DNA of 41,261 nt, taken from NCBI GenBank assembly GCA_039801225.1, contig JBDRUH010000011.1, forward strand, positions 1 to 41,261, in the 5' to 3' direction. Position numbers and translations under genes: made by a program. This DNA comes from a candidate division WOR-3 bacterium. Lineage in GTDB: Bacteria; Hydrothermota; Tepidihabitantia; Tepidihabitantales; Tepidihabitantaceae. This document shows positions 1-8,803 of this stretch, piece after piece. The notes below the pieces were generated by a model. That model did no database searches, had not been told where the DNA came from, and saw only the letters and a program-made list of their open reading frames with translations. The stretch's first letter is position 1. Every line of letters starts with the position of its first letter.

Positions 1-144
1 GGTTGAGGTAAAGAAGGAAGGGGTTGAGGTCAAAAGTCAAAAGTCAAAGGTCAAAAGTCAAAATGAAGATAAGGGGAAAGAAAATGTTTACTCTCAACTT
101 CTTGGCGCGACAGACATTAATGTCTGTCCTAATAAACCTCAACC
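1..144. repeat. GGTTGAGGT units plus a (TCAAAAG)n array, closed by the inverted AACCTCAACC, inside the degT frame
   Basis: GGTTGAGGT at 1-9 and 22-30; TCAAAAG-type units at ~30-64; AACCTCAACC at 135-144 contains the reverse complement of GGTTGAGGT. Confidence 0.75.
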
Positions 145-799
145 TATTGGTTTTGCCGGCTCTTTCGGGGTGGCAGGTGCGTTCTCTTTTAACGGGAATA
201 AGGTGATTACTACCGGTGGTGGCGGAATGCTGGTTTCTCATAATAAAAAGATGGTTGATAAGGCAAGGTTTTTGTCCACACAGGCGCGGGACGCCGCACC
301 TTATTACCAGCATTCGGAAATTGGGTTCAATTACCGGATGAGCAATATCTTAGCGGCAATTGGTCGGGGGCAGTTGAAGGTTCTTTTTGAGCGGGTGGCA
401 AAGAGGAGACGGATTTTTGAGTATTATCAGAGGGCGCTGGGTGATTTGTCTGGAGTAAAGTTTATGCCTGAAGCGCCTTATGGCAGATCAAGCAGATGGC
501 TGACCTGTATAACAATAGAAGGACCGAAGACGGGAGACCGAAGACCAAAAACCGACAAAGGACCGTCGGAGATGGTTATGAGGATTTTGCGGGCGCTGGA
601 GGAGGAGAATATTGAGGCAAGACCGATTTGGAAGCCGATGCATCTGCAACCGGTATTTAAAGATTGTCGGGTTAGAGGCGGAAAGGTTGCAGAAAGACTT
701 TTTGAGAATGGATTATGCCTGCCGAGCGGTTCAAGTCTTACCGAAGAGGATTTGGAACGGATTTGTGCGATAATAAGAGGAGTTTTAGAGGGTAGGTGA
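2..799 (+). CDS. DegT/DnrJ/EryC1/StrS PLP-dependent sugar aminotransferase (PglE/EpsN-like), 5'-truncated by the window edge
   Basis: SFNGNKVITTGGGG PLP-lysine motif, GFNYRMSN, RPIWKPMHLQP and GLCLPSGS. The frame of ORF 170..799 is open back to position 2. Confidence 0.92.
   Translation, partial: VEVKKEGVEVKSQKSKVKSQNEDKGKENVYSQLLGATDINVCPNKPQPIGFAGSFGVAGAFSFNGNKVITTGGGGMLVSHNKKMVDKARFLSTQARDAAPYYQHSEIGFNYRMSNILAAIGRGQLKVLFERVAKRRRIFEYYQRALGDLSGVKFMPEAPYGRSSRWLTCITIEGPKTGDRRPKTDKGPSEMVMRILRALEEENIEARPIWKPMHLQPVFKDCRVRGGKVAERLFENGLCLPSGSSLTEEDLERICAIIRGVLEGR
522..556 (+). repeat. In-frame heptamer array (GACCGAA family) in degT
   Basis: GACCGAA GACGGGA GACCGAA GACCAAA AACCGAC, encoding part of GPKTGDRRPKTD. 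Confidence 0.75.
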
Positions 800-815
800 A
801 GTAGGTTAGTAAAAT

Positions 816-3449
816 TTATGGCTCGGTTACAGTGATAAGTTGGTCAGGTGGAATGTTTTTTAGGATAACGGTAGAATTAGGAGCAAAGTGAACCTCAACT
901 GTCACTGGCTGGACAGATCTGCCCAGCCCAAAGTGCTGGATTAAGGAGTTCTGGCTGGTTGTTCCTTTGCCGCCTTCCACTTCTCTAATCCAGGAGTTTT
1001 TCCCTTGTTTGACAATTATTCGGGCGCCAATTCCCGCCGCGTTGTGTTTTGTGCCGACGACCCGGACCTTGAGCCAGTGGTTTTGGTTTTTGGTATCGTT
1101 GCGAAAGAGGCGCAGCCCAGAACCGGAACCGACTACCAAGTCCATATCGCCGTCGTTGTCAAAGTCGGCAAAGGCACAACCCCAACCATTAAATGCCCGG
1201 GTGCCGGAGAGGTAGGTGGTTTCAATAAACTTGTAATCACCAAAAAGGCTTTTCCAGTTTCCAGCCTTTGGGGAGGGAATGAGCTCGTTGAGATAGAGGA
1301 AAGAGCGGCGGTTTTCATAAACCGAGGTGATGTATAAGTCAAGGTCGCCGTCATTGTCCACATCAGCCCAAACAGGGTCGGAATGGGTCTCCTCATAGCG
1401 GATGCCGAGATGCCGGCGCCGGTCAATGAAGCGGGGCTCGGCGTTGCCTCTCCGGTTTTCGTATAAACAGGAGCGGTTGGAGAATTCAATATAACGGGGA
1501 TGGGCGAGGTTGGCGACAAACAGGTCAAGGTCACAGTCGTTGTCGTAATCACCCCAGACAGAGCCAATAGTATGGCCGAAATAGCCGTTGACCTCCTCAC
1601 CGGCGACACCCAGTCGGGGCGCAAGGTTAAAGAAGGTGCCGTTGCGATTGTTGTGCCAGAGGAGGTTCTGGCAAAGGCGGTAATTGGAGACATAACAGTC
1701 CGGAAAGCCATCATCGTCAAAGTCACCCCAGTTGACACCCCGGCCAGCAAGGTTTTGCGCATAAGGCGGAATGATGTTCGCCGATTGGGTGACATCTTTG
1801 AAAACGCCATGCTCATTTTTATAGAGTCGGTCCGGAAAGTAGGTGTGGGTCTCCCAGTTTTCGTAGTTGGCGCAGTAAAGGTCAACCCAGCCATCGTTGT
1901 CAAAGTCGGCAAAGGCGGCGCCTTCGGTGGGATAGGGGTCAGAAGGAGAGCCGACCGAGTCGGTGACATCTTTAAAGTTACCGAAATGGTTTTTATAGAG
2001 CCGGTCAACCGTATCGGTACCACAGGAGTAGAAGTCAAGCCAGTAGTCGTTGTTGAAGTCCGCCCAAACGCCTCCCCGCCCCCGAGAATTGGTGAGACCG
2101 ACCGAGTCGGTGACATCGGTGAAGTGTTTCCCCGAATCGTTGCGAAATAGGCGCGAGCCATTTAAGAGCAGGTCCTCAAAACCGTCGTTGTTGTAGTCAC
2201 CCCAGGCAACCCTTGATTCATACCGACCGGCAAGCCCTATTGATTCAGTGACATCGGTGAAGACCGGTCCTTGATAGTTTAAGAGTTTGCGAGCGAGGGC
2301 GAGCTGGTCAGCAGGGGTTATGCCTAAACGGTTTAATCCGGAGTCGGCGCGGGTTGACCAGTAGTTGCGGGAGTCACCGCAGACAAGCGCCTTGACAAAA
2401 CAAAGCCGGGCAGATGGAGGGTCATTAAGATGCTCATAGATTTCGCCCAATAGACAGTGGAAGGGTGCCGGTGTTGCCTCGTTTTCCGTATCCCAGCGGA
2501 ACTGTTTTAGCGCCTTTTTGAGATAGGGGAGGGCTTCATTGGGTTGGTTTTGGAGGATGAGCGCCTCAGCAAGGGCGGCACAGGAAAGTCCGTAAAGTGG
2601 GGGATATTCAAGTTGCCACTGCTCAATTGGTTTATTTCCTGGTTTCTTTGCCTTTGGTGCCAGAAGAAGCGCCCGCCGGGCATAAGTTTCGGCGGTTTTC
2701 GGACGGAAACGAAGGCGGTTGAATAGGGCGGCAGCATAGCGGTATCGGAACGGGTCAAGGGTGTCGTCGGCGCACATCTCACTAGCGACCTTTGCCAGTT
2801 GGTCAGTGTCCTTCAGGGCGAAAATGGAACTGAGGAGGAAGAGATAGAATGTCTGGCGCCATTCGGTTCTCGGATAACGGTGAATAAAGCGAGAAATGAG
2901 CGGAATCTTTAAAGTATCGTTATTCCAGACCGGATAGAGTGAGTCATAAAACATATTGCCGAGCAACTGGTAACTGAGTGCTGAGTCCGGGAAAAGGTTA
3001 ATAAGGAGATTGCCGACTACCTGGGCGGCGTTTTCATCGGCGAGGCTCAACCCGTGGTAGGCTAAAAAGAGGTGGGAATAGGTGGTTTCCGAGAGAAGGC
3101 TTTGTGCTTCTGCGGCGATAATCTTGCGGATTGAGTCAAGGGTGGCTGAATCCTTTGAACTGTTTTGATAAACTGTGCGCCATCTGCCGAGTAGGGCTGA
3201 GTCGTCATCGGGTTTCAGTTTTAATGCCTCCTCCCACCAGAAAAGGCTGGAGTCAAAGCGGTGGGCGTGCTCATAAATCCGGGCAAGGTTTTTAATGGCA
3301 ATTAAATCACTGGGGTTCTGATGAATTTGATTCAGGAAATAAGAGGCGCCGAGCTCATAATCTTGCCGGGCGAGAAATCGGGAAAGGGAAATTGGTTTGT
3401 CCTGGTTTATTGAAGTGGCGATTAAAACAACAAAAAATAATTTTCCCAT
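816..3449 (-). CDS. TPR + FG-GAP repeat + ASPIC/UnbV (CRTAC1-like) protein, probably exported
   Basis: Repeated WGDYNNDG/WADFNND/FADFDNDG motifs; C-terminal GIGARI..REVEGGKG..SQNS..QHFGLG (ASPIC/UnbV); TPR-like N-terminal half. ATG 3449 is preferred to ORF start 3491 because a hydrophobic N-terminus follows it and a promoter lies just upstream. Confidence 0.85.
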   Translation of the reverse strand: MGKLFFVVLIATSINQDKPISLSRFLARQDYELGASYFLNQIHQNPSDLIAIKNLARIYEHAHRFDSSLFWWEEALKLKPDDDSALLGRWRTVYQNSSKDSATLDSIRKIIAAEAQSLLSETTYSHLFLAYHGLSLADENAAQVVGNLLINLFPDSALSYQLLGNMFYDSLYPVWNNDTLKIPLISRFIHRYPRTEWRQTFYLFLLSSIFALKDTDQLAKVASEMCADDTLDPFRYRYAAALFNRLRFRPKTAETYARRALLLAPKAKKPGNKPIEQWQLEYPPLYGLSCAALAEALILQNQPNEALPYLKKALKQFRWDTENEATPAPFHCLLGEIYEHLNDPPSARLCFVKALVCGDSRNYWSTRADSGLNRLGITPADQLALARKLLNYQGPVFTDVTESIGLAGRYESRVAWGDYNNDGFEDLLLNGSRLFRNDSGKHFTDVTDSVGLTNSRGRGGVWADFNNDYWLDFYSCGTDTVDRLYKNHFGNFKDVTDSVGSPSDPYPTEGAAFADFDNDGWVDLYCANYENWETHTYFPDRLYKNEHGVFKDVTQSANIIPPYAQNLAGRGVNWGDFDDDGFPDCYVSNYRLCQNLLWHNNRNGTFFNLAPRLGVAGEEVNGYFGHTIGSVWGDYDNDCDLDLFVANLAHPRYIEFSNRSCLYENRRGNAEPRFIDRRRHLGIRYEETHSDPVWADVDNDGDLDLYITSVYENRRSFLYLNELIPSPKAGNWKSLFGDYKFIETTYLSGTRAFNGWGCAFADFDNDGDMDLVVGSGSGLRLFRNDTKNQNHWLKVRVVGTKHNAAGIGARIIVKQGKNSWIREVEGGKGTTSQNSLIQHFGLGRSVQPVTVEVHFAPNSTVILKNIPPDQLITVTEP

Positions 3450-3456
3450 AGAGTAA

Positions 3457-3484
3457 ATATTAACCTCCCTTCTGCTAAAGTCAA
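3457..3484 (-). promoter_or_regulatory. Sigma70-type promoter, 7 nt before ATG 3449
   Basis: TTGACT-N16-TAATAT on the minus strand. Confidence 0.55.
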
Positions 3485-3619
3485 CAAACATCCCCCTTGG
3501 TGGTGGGGAACAGGGAAAATTAAATTTTTAGTTGAAGTTTTCTTATTGCATTTTTTAATGCTTTGAAATATAAAAACTTATATCATCAGTTGAAGATTAA
3601 TAGATTTTAAAAATTTTTC

Positions 3620-3647
3620 TTGACAACAAAAATTGTGGGGATATAGT
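3620..3647 (+). promoter_or_regulatory. dcw/mraZ sigma70-type promoter
   Basis: TTGACA(3620-3625)-N16-TATAGT(3642-3647). Confidence 0.7.
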
Positions 3648-3691
3648 GTATCTATGTGTTTAACTGTGTGGATAAGTGTGGAAAAAAGGGG
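3635..3691 (+). promoter_or_regulatory. Putative MraZ-binding direct repeats
   Basis: GTG(T)GG-like units with 10-nt period at 3646, 3656, 3666, 3676, plus GTGGG at 3635. Resembles known GTGG/TGGG MraZ boxes. Confidence 0.6.
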
Positions 3692-3700
3692 AAAGAGATA

Positions 3701-4180
3701 ATGGTGGGGAAGGGCAGGTTTTTCGGAATATATCATTATACAATTGATGCTAAAGGCAGAATCGCGGTGCCGGTGGCTTTTCGGAAGAAGTTGGGTCCGG
3801 ATGAGGACACATTTATATTTGTGCCAGGGCGATTTCAAACGATTGAAGTCCATCCGATTGCTGAGTGGCAGGAGTATGAGGAGCGGGTTTTGCGCTTTCA
3901 ACCGGAACATACCGAAGAGTCGCAGCGCTTTACTCTTTTGCTTTATTCGCAAGCCGGTGAGGCGTCATTAGATGTTCAAGGAAGGATTCTTCTGCCAAAG
4001 CATTTGCGGGAATGGGCTGAGATTAACAGTGAAGTGGTGATCGCCGGTGCCGGAAGTTTCTTTCTCCTCTGGGAGCCGGGGCGCTATCGGAATTTTATCA
4101 ATGAGTCAATGCCAAGGTATCAGAAGGACCGGGATGAGGCGGGAAGACAGGGATGGGAGAGAATGCTAAGGGGCGAGTAA
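3701..4180 (+). CDS. mraZ: Division/cell-wall cluster transcriptional regulator MraZ
   Basis: Two MraZ repeats (IDAKGRIAVP, LDVQGRILLP); first gene of the dcw cluster. ATG 3701 is preferred to 3656. Confidence 0.93.
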   Translation: MVGKGRFFGIYHYTIDAKGRIAVPVAFRKKLGPDEDTFIFVPGRFQTIEVHPIAEWQEYEERVLRFQPEHTEESQRFTLLLYSQAGEASLDVQGRILLPKHLREWAEINSEVVIAGAGSFFLLWEPGRYRNFINESMPRYQKDRDEAGRQGWERMLRGE

Positions 4181-5136
4181 AAGATAATGCCTGTAGCGGA
4201 GTCTGCCGGGCAACGGAAGTTTTGGAGCATATTCCGGTATTGGTTAACGAGGTGGTCAGTTTCTTAGAGCCTTGTTTTGAAATCGGCACAATTGTGGATG
4301 CAACAGTTGGTGGTGGTGGTCATTCGGCGGCTATCTGTGAGCGGATGGTGGTGAAGGGGATAAAGGGGCAAGTGGTGGGTATTGATATTGACCCAGAGGC
4401 GATAGCCCAGGCAGAGTTAAAATTGGCAAAGTTTGGCTGTGAGATAGTAGATGAAAGGAGTGAAGTTAAAGGGTTAAAGAAGATGGTTTTATTGGTTCAT
4501 TCAAGTTATGTAAATATTGAGGAGATTGTGGAAAGGCTCGCGGTTAAACCGGTCGCAGGGGTTTTGCTTGATTTGGGTATTTCGGCTATTCAATTAAACC
4601 CGAAGCGGGGTTTTTCTTTTGACCAGGATGGTCCACTTGATATGCGGTTTAACCCGGATACCGGGCCGAGTGCCCGGGAGATTTTGCTTAAGAGTTCGGT
4701 GGTGGATTTAAAGAGATGGTTTATGGTTTATGGTGATGAACCTTTTGCAGGGCGGATCGCCCGGCGGGTTTACCAGTTGCGAAGAAACATCAGGACTACC
4801 CGGGAATTAGCCGAGGCGATTAGCAGTGTGGTTCCTAAGAGACGGTTGCGGCACACACTCGCCCGGGTCTTTCAGGCGCTTAGAATAGTGGTGAATAAGG
4901 AGTTGGAAAACTTAAAGTTGGCTTTAAGAGCGGCGGTGAGAATAATCTCACCGGGTGGAAGGCTTTTGGTGGTATGTTATCAGTCGGGCGAGGACCGTTG
5001 CGTAAAGGAACTAATACGGTTAGAGAAAGAGAGAATCAAGGCGTTAACAGCCAAACCAATCAGACCAAGCACTGAGGAGATAAAGGTTAATCCGCGGGCA
5101 AGAAGCGCGCGGTTGCGGGTAATGGAGAGGCGATGA
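4153..5136 (+). CDS. rsmH: 16S rRNA m4C1402 methyltransferase RsmH (MraW)
   Basis: HIPVL, DATVGGGGHS, LDLGIS, GFSF..DGPLDMR, FQALRI.VN, NPRARSARLR. The true start may be TTG 4222. Confidence 0.95.
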   Translation: MGENAKGRVKDNACSGVCRATEVLEHIPVLVNEVVSFLEPCFEIGTIVDATVGGGGHSAAICERMVVKGIKGQVVGIDIDPEAIAQAELKLAKFGCEIVDERSEVKGLKKMVLLVHSSYVNIEEIVERLAVKPVAGVLLDLGISAIQLNPKRGFSFDQDGPLDMRFNPDTGPSAREILLKSSVVDLKRWFMVYGDEPFAGRIARRVYQLRRNIRTTRELAEAISSVVPKRRLRHTLARVFQALRIVVNKELENLKLALRAAVRIISPGGRLLVVCYQSGEDRCVKELIRLEKERIKALTAKPIRPSTEEIKVNPRARSARLRVMERR

Positions 5137-5140
5137 GTAA

Positions 5141-5240
5141 TTTATCTGTATCAATTCAAAAGGCAAAATGCAAATTGCAAAAATCAAAACGAAGAATCTA
5201 AGAGATTTGAAATTTGGCTTTTGGCTTTTGAGTTTTGCCT
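5141..5240. repeat. 100-bp imperfect palindromic dispersed repeat, copy 1
   Basis: 93/100 identical to 16004-16103 by manual alignment. AGGCAAAA...TTTTGCCT arms built of heptamers. Confidence 0.9.
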
Positions 5241-5251
5241 AAGGAGGTGTT

Positions 5252-5575
5252 ATGAGTGGACGGGCCGGTCGGCTTGGGATTCCGATTGTGGCAGTTTTAA
5301 GTATAATTGCGCTTTTATATCTTGCTTTGCATTCCTGGAATATCAAACTTACAAAGCAATTGGTGGAGTCGGAGCGAAAGCAAAAGCTGGCGTTTGAGAA
5401 GGCGGAGAGTTTGGAGATAGAGTTGAGAAAGTTAATGAGTTTTTCTCGTCTCGAGTCACTGGCGTTAAAAGGAGAGCATTTTCCTCAAGTCTCTCCGCCC
5501 GACGGAAGTCGGAGGTCGGAGGAGGGAAGAAGAATGCCGGGTGTTTTGCGGGTTGCATCCGATATCAGGCATTAA
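5252..5575 (+). CDS. ftsL: FtsL-like cell division protein
   Basis: Lies between rsmH and ftsI; one TM helix then a coiled coil ending SFSRLESLA; SD AAGGAGG. Confidence 0.7.
   Translation: MSGRAGRLGIPIVAVLSIIALLYLALHSWNIKLTKQLVESERKQKLAFEKAESLEIELRKLMSFSRLESLALKGEHFPQVSPPDGSRRSEEGRRMPGVLRVASDIRH
5501..5535 (+). repeat. In-frame heptamer array in the ftsL C-terminal tail
   Basis: GACGGAA GTCGGAG GTCGGAG GAGGGAA GAAGAAT. Confidence 0.65.
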
Positions 5576-5580
5576 ATCTT

Positions 5581-7344
5581 ATGCGCCGGCGGCGAAATAT
5601 TATTGAACTATTTCTTATTGTTCTCTGGGGCGGTATACTCTTTAAGCTTTTTAGTGTTCAAATTTTAAATTGGCGCCATTATCAGCGGATGGCAGCGGTT
5701 CAGCACTTCACAAAGGTAAAACTTTTAGGGGAAAGGGGAAAAATCTACGACCGCAAGGGTAGAGTTTTGGCGCTCAACCGGTCCTGCACTTCAATCCGAA
5801 TTCTGCCTAAGTGGGTACGGGATAAGGACAGGCTTGCCACCCTGCTCGCCGATTTCGGGTTAGGGACATTCTCTGCCAACCGCGATTTCTTAGCGAGGGA
5901 TAAAGGGCTCTTTTTGTTTAAACGTTATATTGACTACAATACTGGAGACTCGCTGCGCAAGGTATTGGTAAAAGAGCGTTTCCACAACGCCACTTTAGTG
6001 AATGATGATTATGAACGGTTATATCCCTATGGCGAGTTTTGTGCCGATGTGGTTGGTTTTGTTGGCGATGAGGGATGCGGGCTTGCCGGTCTGGAATGGG
6101 CGTTCAATTCGCTATTGGCTGGTAAACCCGGTTGGGTGATGATGCAAAAGGATGCCATCGGTTACTCCTATCCATATCCAAATCATCCTACTAAACCACC
6201 AGAAGAAGGAGCTGAACTCCATTTGACTATTGATGCCGACATTCAACAGGTTTGTTATGAGGCACTAAAGAAAGGGGTTAATGAGACTGAAGCGCTGCGT
6301 GGTTCAGTAGTGGTTCTTGATTCATCCGGAGCAATTCTGGCAATAGTGGATTATCCTGGGTATGACCCCAATCGGTTTTTTGATTATTCCGCAGAACTTT
6401 ATAAGGCAAATGCGGTTACTGACCAGTTTGAGCCTGGCTCCAGTTTTAAACTGGTGATGTGCGCTGCCGCTTTAGAATCTGCCGATTCTGAGCGGTTTAC
6501 TGGCCGAGTTTACGATGTGTCTAGTGGGTTCATTTCAATTGGCAATCGAAAGATAAAGGATGTTCATCCCAATGGCGTTCTCACATTTGACAGCGTATTT
6601 ATTAACTCATCTAACCTCGGATGTGCCTTAATGTCGTTTGATATGGACCCGGAATTTTACTATTCTGTTGCCAGGCGATTAGGGTTTGGTGAGCCGATTG
6701 GAGTGGGTTTACCAAATGAGGGACGCGGGAAGCTGGACTCACCGAAAAAGTTGCATAATCGGTTACGATTTGCCACGATTTCCTTTGGTCAGGGAGTCAC
6801 GGTAACACTTTTACAATTGGCAGCGGCTTATCTCTGTATCGCCAGAGATGGGGAATATGTCAAGCCTTATCTTGTTGACTCAATAAAAAAGGGCAATCGA
6901 GTTATACTGAAGCAGGACCGAAGAGAAACTCGGCAGGCGGTGAGGACACAAACAGCAGAGCGGGTGAAGGGTATTCTCCGGCGAGTGGTGGAGCATGGGA
7001 CGGGAAAACTGGCGGCAATCGCTAATGTTTCTGTATGCGGGAAAACTGGCACCGCCCAGAAGGTAGAGCCATGGGGAGGTTACTCTTCGGTTAGGTCATT
7101 GATGACCTTTATCGGATTTTTCCCGATTGAAAGACCCCGTTACTGTATCGCGGTGCTGATTGACGAGCCCAAGCGAGCACGATTTGCCGCTGGTGCTGCC
7201 TGCCCGGTATTTAAGGAGATTGGTGAACGGCTTCTCTTGAAAGACAGGATTGAGTTGGCAGTTGATAACTGGGCTAAGGAGGAAGTATTAGGCAAGGTAG
7301 GATTTGTAGAAAGTGGCGAGGAGAATGGCAAAACGGCTTTCTGA
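5581..7344 (+). CDS. ftsI: Class B penicillin-binding protein FtsI/PBP3
   Basis: N-terminal TM, RGKIYDR, GLAGLE; SxxK (SSFK), SxN (SSN) and KTGTAQK motifs; dcw position. Confidence 0.93.
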   Translation: MRRRRNIIELFLIVLWGGILFKLFSVQILNWRHYQRMAAVQHFTKVKLLGERGKIYDRKGRVLALNRSCTSIRILPKWVRDKDRLATLLADFGLGTFSANRDFLARDKGLFLFKRYIDYNTGDSLRKVLVKERFHNATLVNDDYERLYPYGEFCADVVGFVGDEGCGLAGLEWAFNSLLAGKPGWVMMQKDAIGYSYPYPNHPTKPPEEGAELHLTIDADIQQVCYEALKKGVNETEALRGSVVVLDSSGAILAIVDYPGYDPNRFFDYSAELYKANAVTDQFEPGSSFKLVMCAAALESADSERFTGRVYDVSSGFISIGNRKIKDVHPNGVLTFDSVFINSSNLGCALMSFDMDPEFYYSVARRLGFGEPIGVGLPNEGRGKLDSPKKLHNRLRFATISFGQGVTVTLLQLAAAYLCIARDGEYVKPYLVDSIKKGNRVILKQDRRETRQAVRTQTAERVKGILRRVVEHGTGKLAAIANVSVCGKTGTAQKVEPWGGYSSVRSLMTFIGFFPIERPRYCIAVLIDEPKRARFAAGAACPVFKEIGERLLLKDRIELAVDNWAKEEVLGKVGFVESGEENGKTAF

Positions 7345-8803
7345 TCTGATTTTAGGGATCCCCTGTGAGGTTAGAGGTAGCTCCGAAGTGGAGGTTAAAG
7401 GTATTGCCTATCATTCCGCTTCGGTTAAACCTGGCTTTCTGTTTGTGGCTATTGATGGTTTTAAGACCACTGGTCGGAATTTTATTGACGAGGCGATTAA
7501 TCGAGGTGCAATAGCGGTAGCAAGCGCCGACCTCAGAGATGTGAAGAAAAACTGGGTGACGGCGATACAGACAAAGGTTCCCAGGCGGTTTCTTGCCCAA
7601 GTGGCGAACCGATTTTATGATTTTCCATCAAGAAAACTTTCGCTCATCGGAGTTACCGGAACAAACGGGAAAACCACTGTTTGTTATCTGCTTAGGGCGA
7701 TGTGCCGGCAGTTGGGGTTAGAGCCTGGGTTTATCGGAACGATTGAGCACTGGGACGGCGAAAGGAGTATGACGGCTTCCCAGACTACTCCCGAGAGTCT
7801 GGATTTTGTCCGCATGCTTGCTTGTATGGTAGGTAAGAAGTTAACAACCTGCATTTGCGAGGTGTCCTCTCATTCCTTAGAACTTGATAGGGTATTTGAT
7901 CTGGATTTCAAAGTGGCAGTTTTTACCAACCTTACTTCAGAACACCTTGATTTCCACAAGACTATGGAGGGGTACAAAAAGGCGAAGATGAAACTTTTTG
8001 AGATGCTTTCTCCTACCGCCTTTGCGGTAACAAACTTAGACGACCCGGTGGGCAGAGAAATTGTTCATATTACCCAGGGTAGAGTGGTGACCTATGGCAG
8101 TATTCCGGCATTAGAATTGTCACCGGACATCACGGGCGAGGTGGTCCAGGTTAGGCAGGATGGTCTTGATTGTATTGTTCGTTTGGATGGAAAGACACTA
8201 CCAGTTAGTCTTAAATTGGTGGGCAGGTACAATTTAAGCAATCTTCTTGCTGCATTTGGGGTGGCAAAGGCGCTTAATTGGCCATGGGAGGTGGTGAAAA
8301 GCGGGGTAGAAAGTTTGGAGAAAGTTCCCGGCAGGCTGGAGCCGGTGCCTAGTAATAAGGGTTTTTCCGTATTTGTTGATTACGCTCACACCCCGGATGC
8401 TCTCGGTCGGGTGTTGAAAACGGTGCGAGAGTTTACCACTGGTCGGGTGATATTGGTATTTGGGTGTGGCGGTGATCGAGATAAAGCAAAAAGACCGGTG
8501 ATGGGTAAGATTGCGGCACAACTGGCTGATATTGTAGTGGTGACATCGGACAACCCGCGCAGTGAAAACCCAGAGACCATTATAAGGGAAATTGTTGCCG
8601 GAATAGATCAGTCAAAGAGTAAAGGTGAGCTCATTGTTGAAGTAGATCGCCGGGAGGCGATCAATCGGGCTTTACTACAAGCACGAGAGTTTGATGCGGT
8701 GTTGATTGCCGGGAAAGGGCATGAGAACTATCAAATTGTTGGGAATGAGATTCGGCACTTTGATGACCGAGAGGTAGTTCAGGAGATTTTAAGAGGGATT
8801 TAA
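7325..8803 (+). CDS. murE: UDP-MurNAc-Ala-Glu meso-DAP ligase MurE
   Basis: GVTGTNGKTT, EVSSH, DYAHTPD, DNPR (meso-DAP specificity), AGKGHE. Confidence 0.96.
   Translation: MAKRLSDLILGIPCEVRGSSEVEVKGIAYHSASVKPGFLFVAIDGFKTTGRNFIDEAINRGAIAVASADLRDVKKNWVTAIQTKVPRRFLAQVANRFYDFPSRKLSLIGVTGTNGKTTVCYLLRAMCRQLGLEPGFIGTIEHWDGERSMTASQTTPESLDFVRMLACMVGKKLTTCICEVSSHSLELDRVFDLDFKVAVFTNLTSEHLDFHKTMEGYKKAKMKLFEMLSPTAFAVTNLDDPVGREIVHITQGRVVTYGSIPALELSPDITGEVVQVRQDGLDCIVRLDGKTLPVSLKLVGRYNLSNLLAAFGVAKALNWPWEVVKSGVESLEKVPGRLEPVPSNKGFSVFVDYAHTPDALGRVLKTVREFTTGRVILVFGCGGDRDKAKRPVMGKIAAQLADIVVVTSDNPRSENPETIIREIVAGIDQSKSKGELIVEVDRREAINRALLQAREFDAVLIAGKGHENYQIVGNEIRHFDDREVVQEILRGI

Noticed and set aside
967..2782. 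Long alternative-frame and antisense ORFs (1133-2161, 1500-2150; similar ones at 15308-15898 and 35960-36661)
   Set aside because: Shadows of well-supported genes, with no independent motifs.
4441..4486. Possible repeat-derived insertion in RsmH (EIVDERSEVKGLKK)
   Set aside because: Looks like an extra segment, but the periodicity is too weak to assign to the heptamer families.
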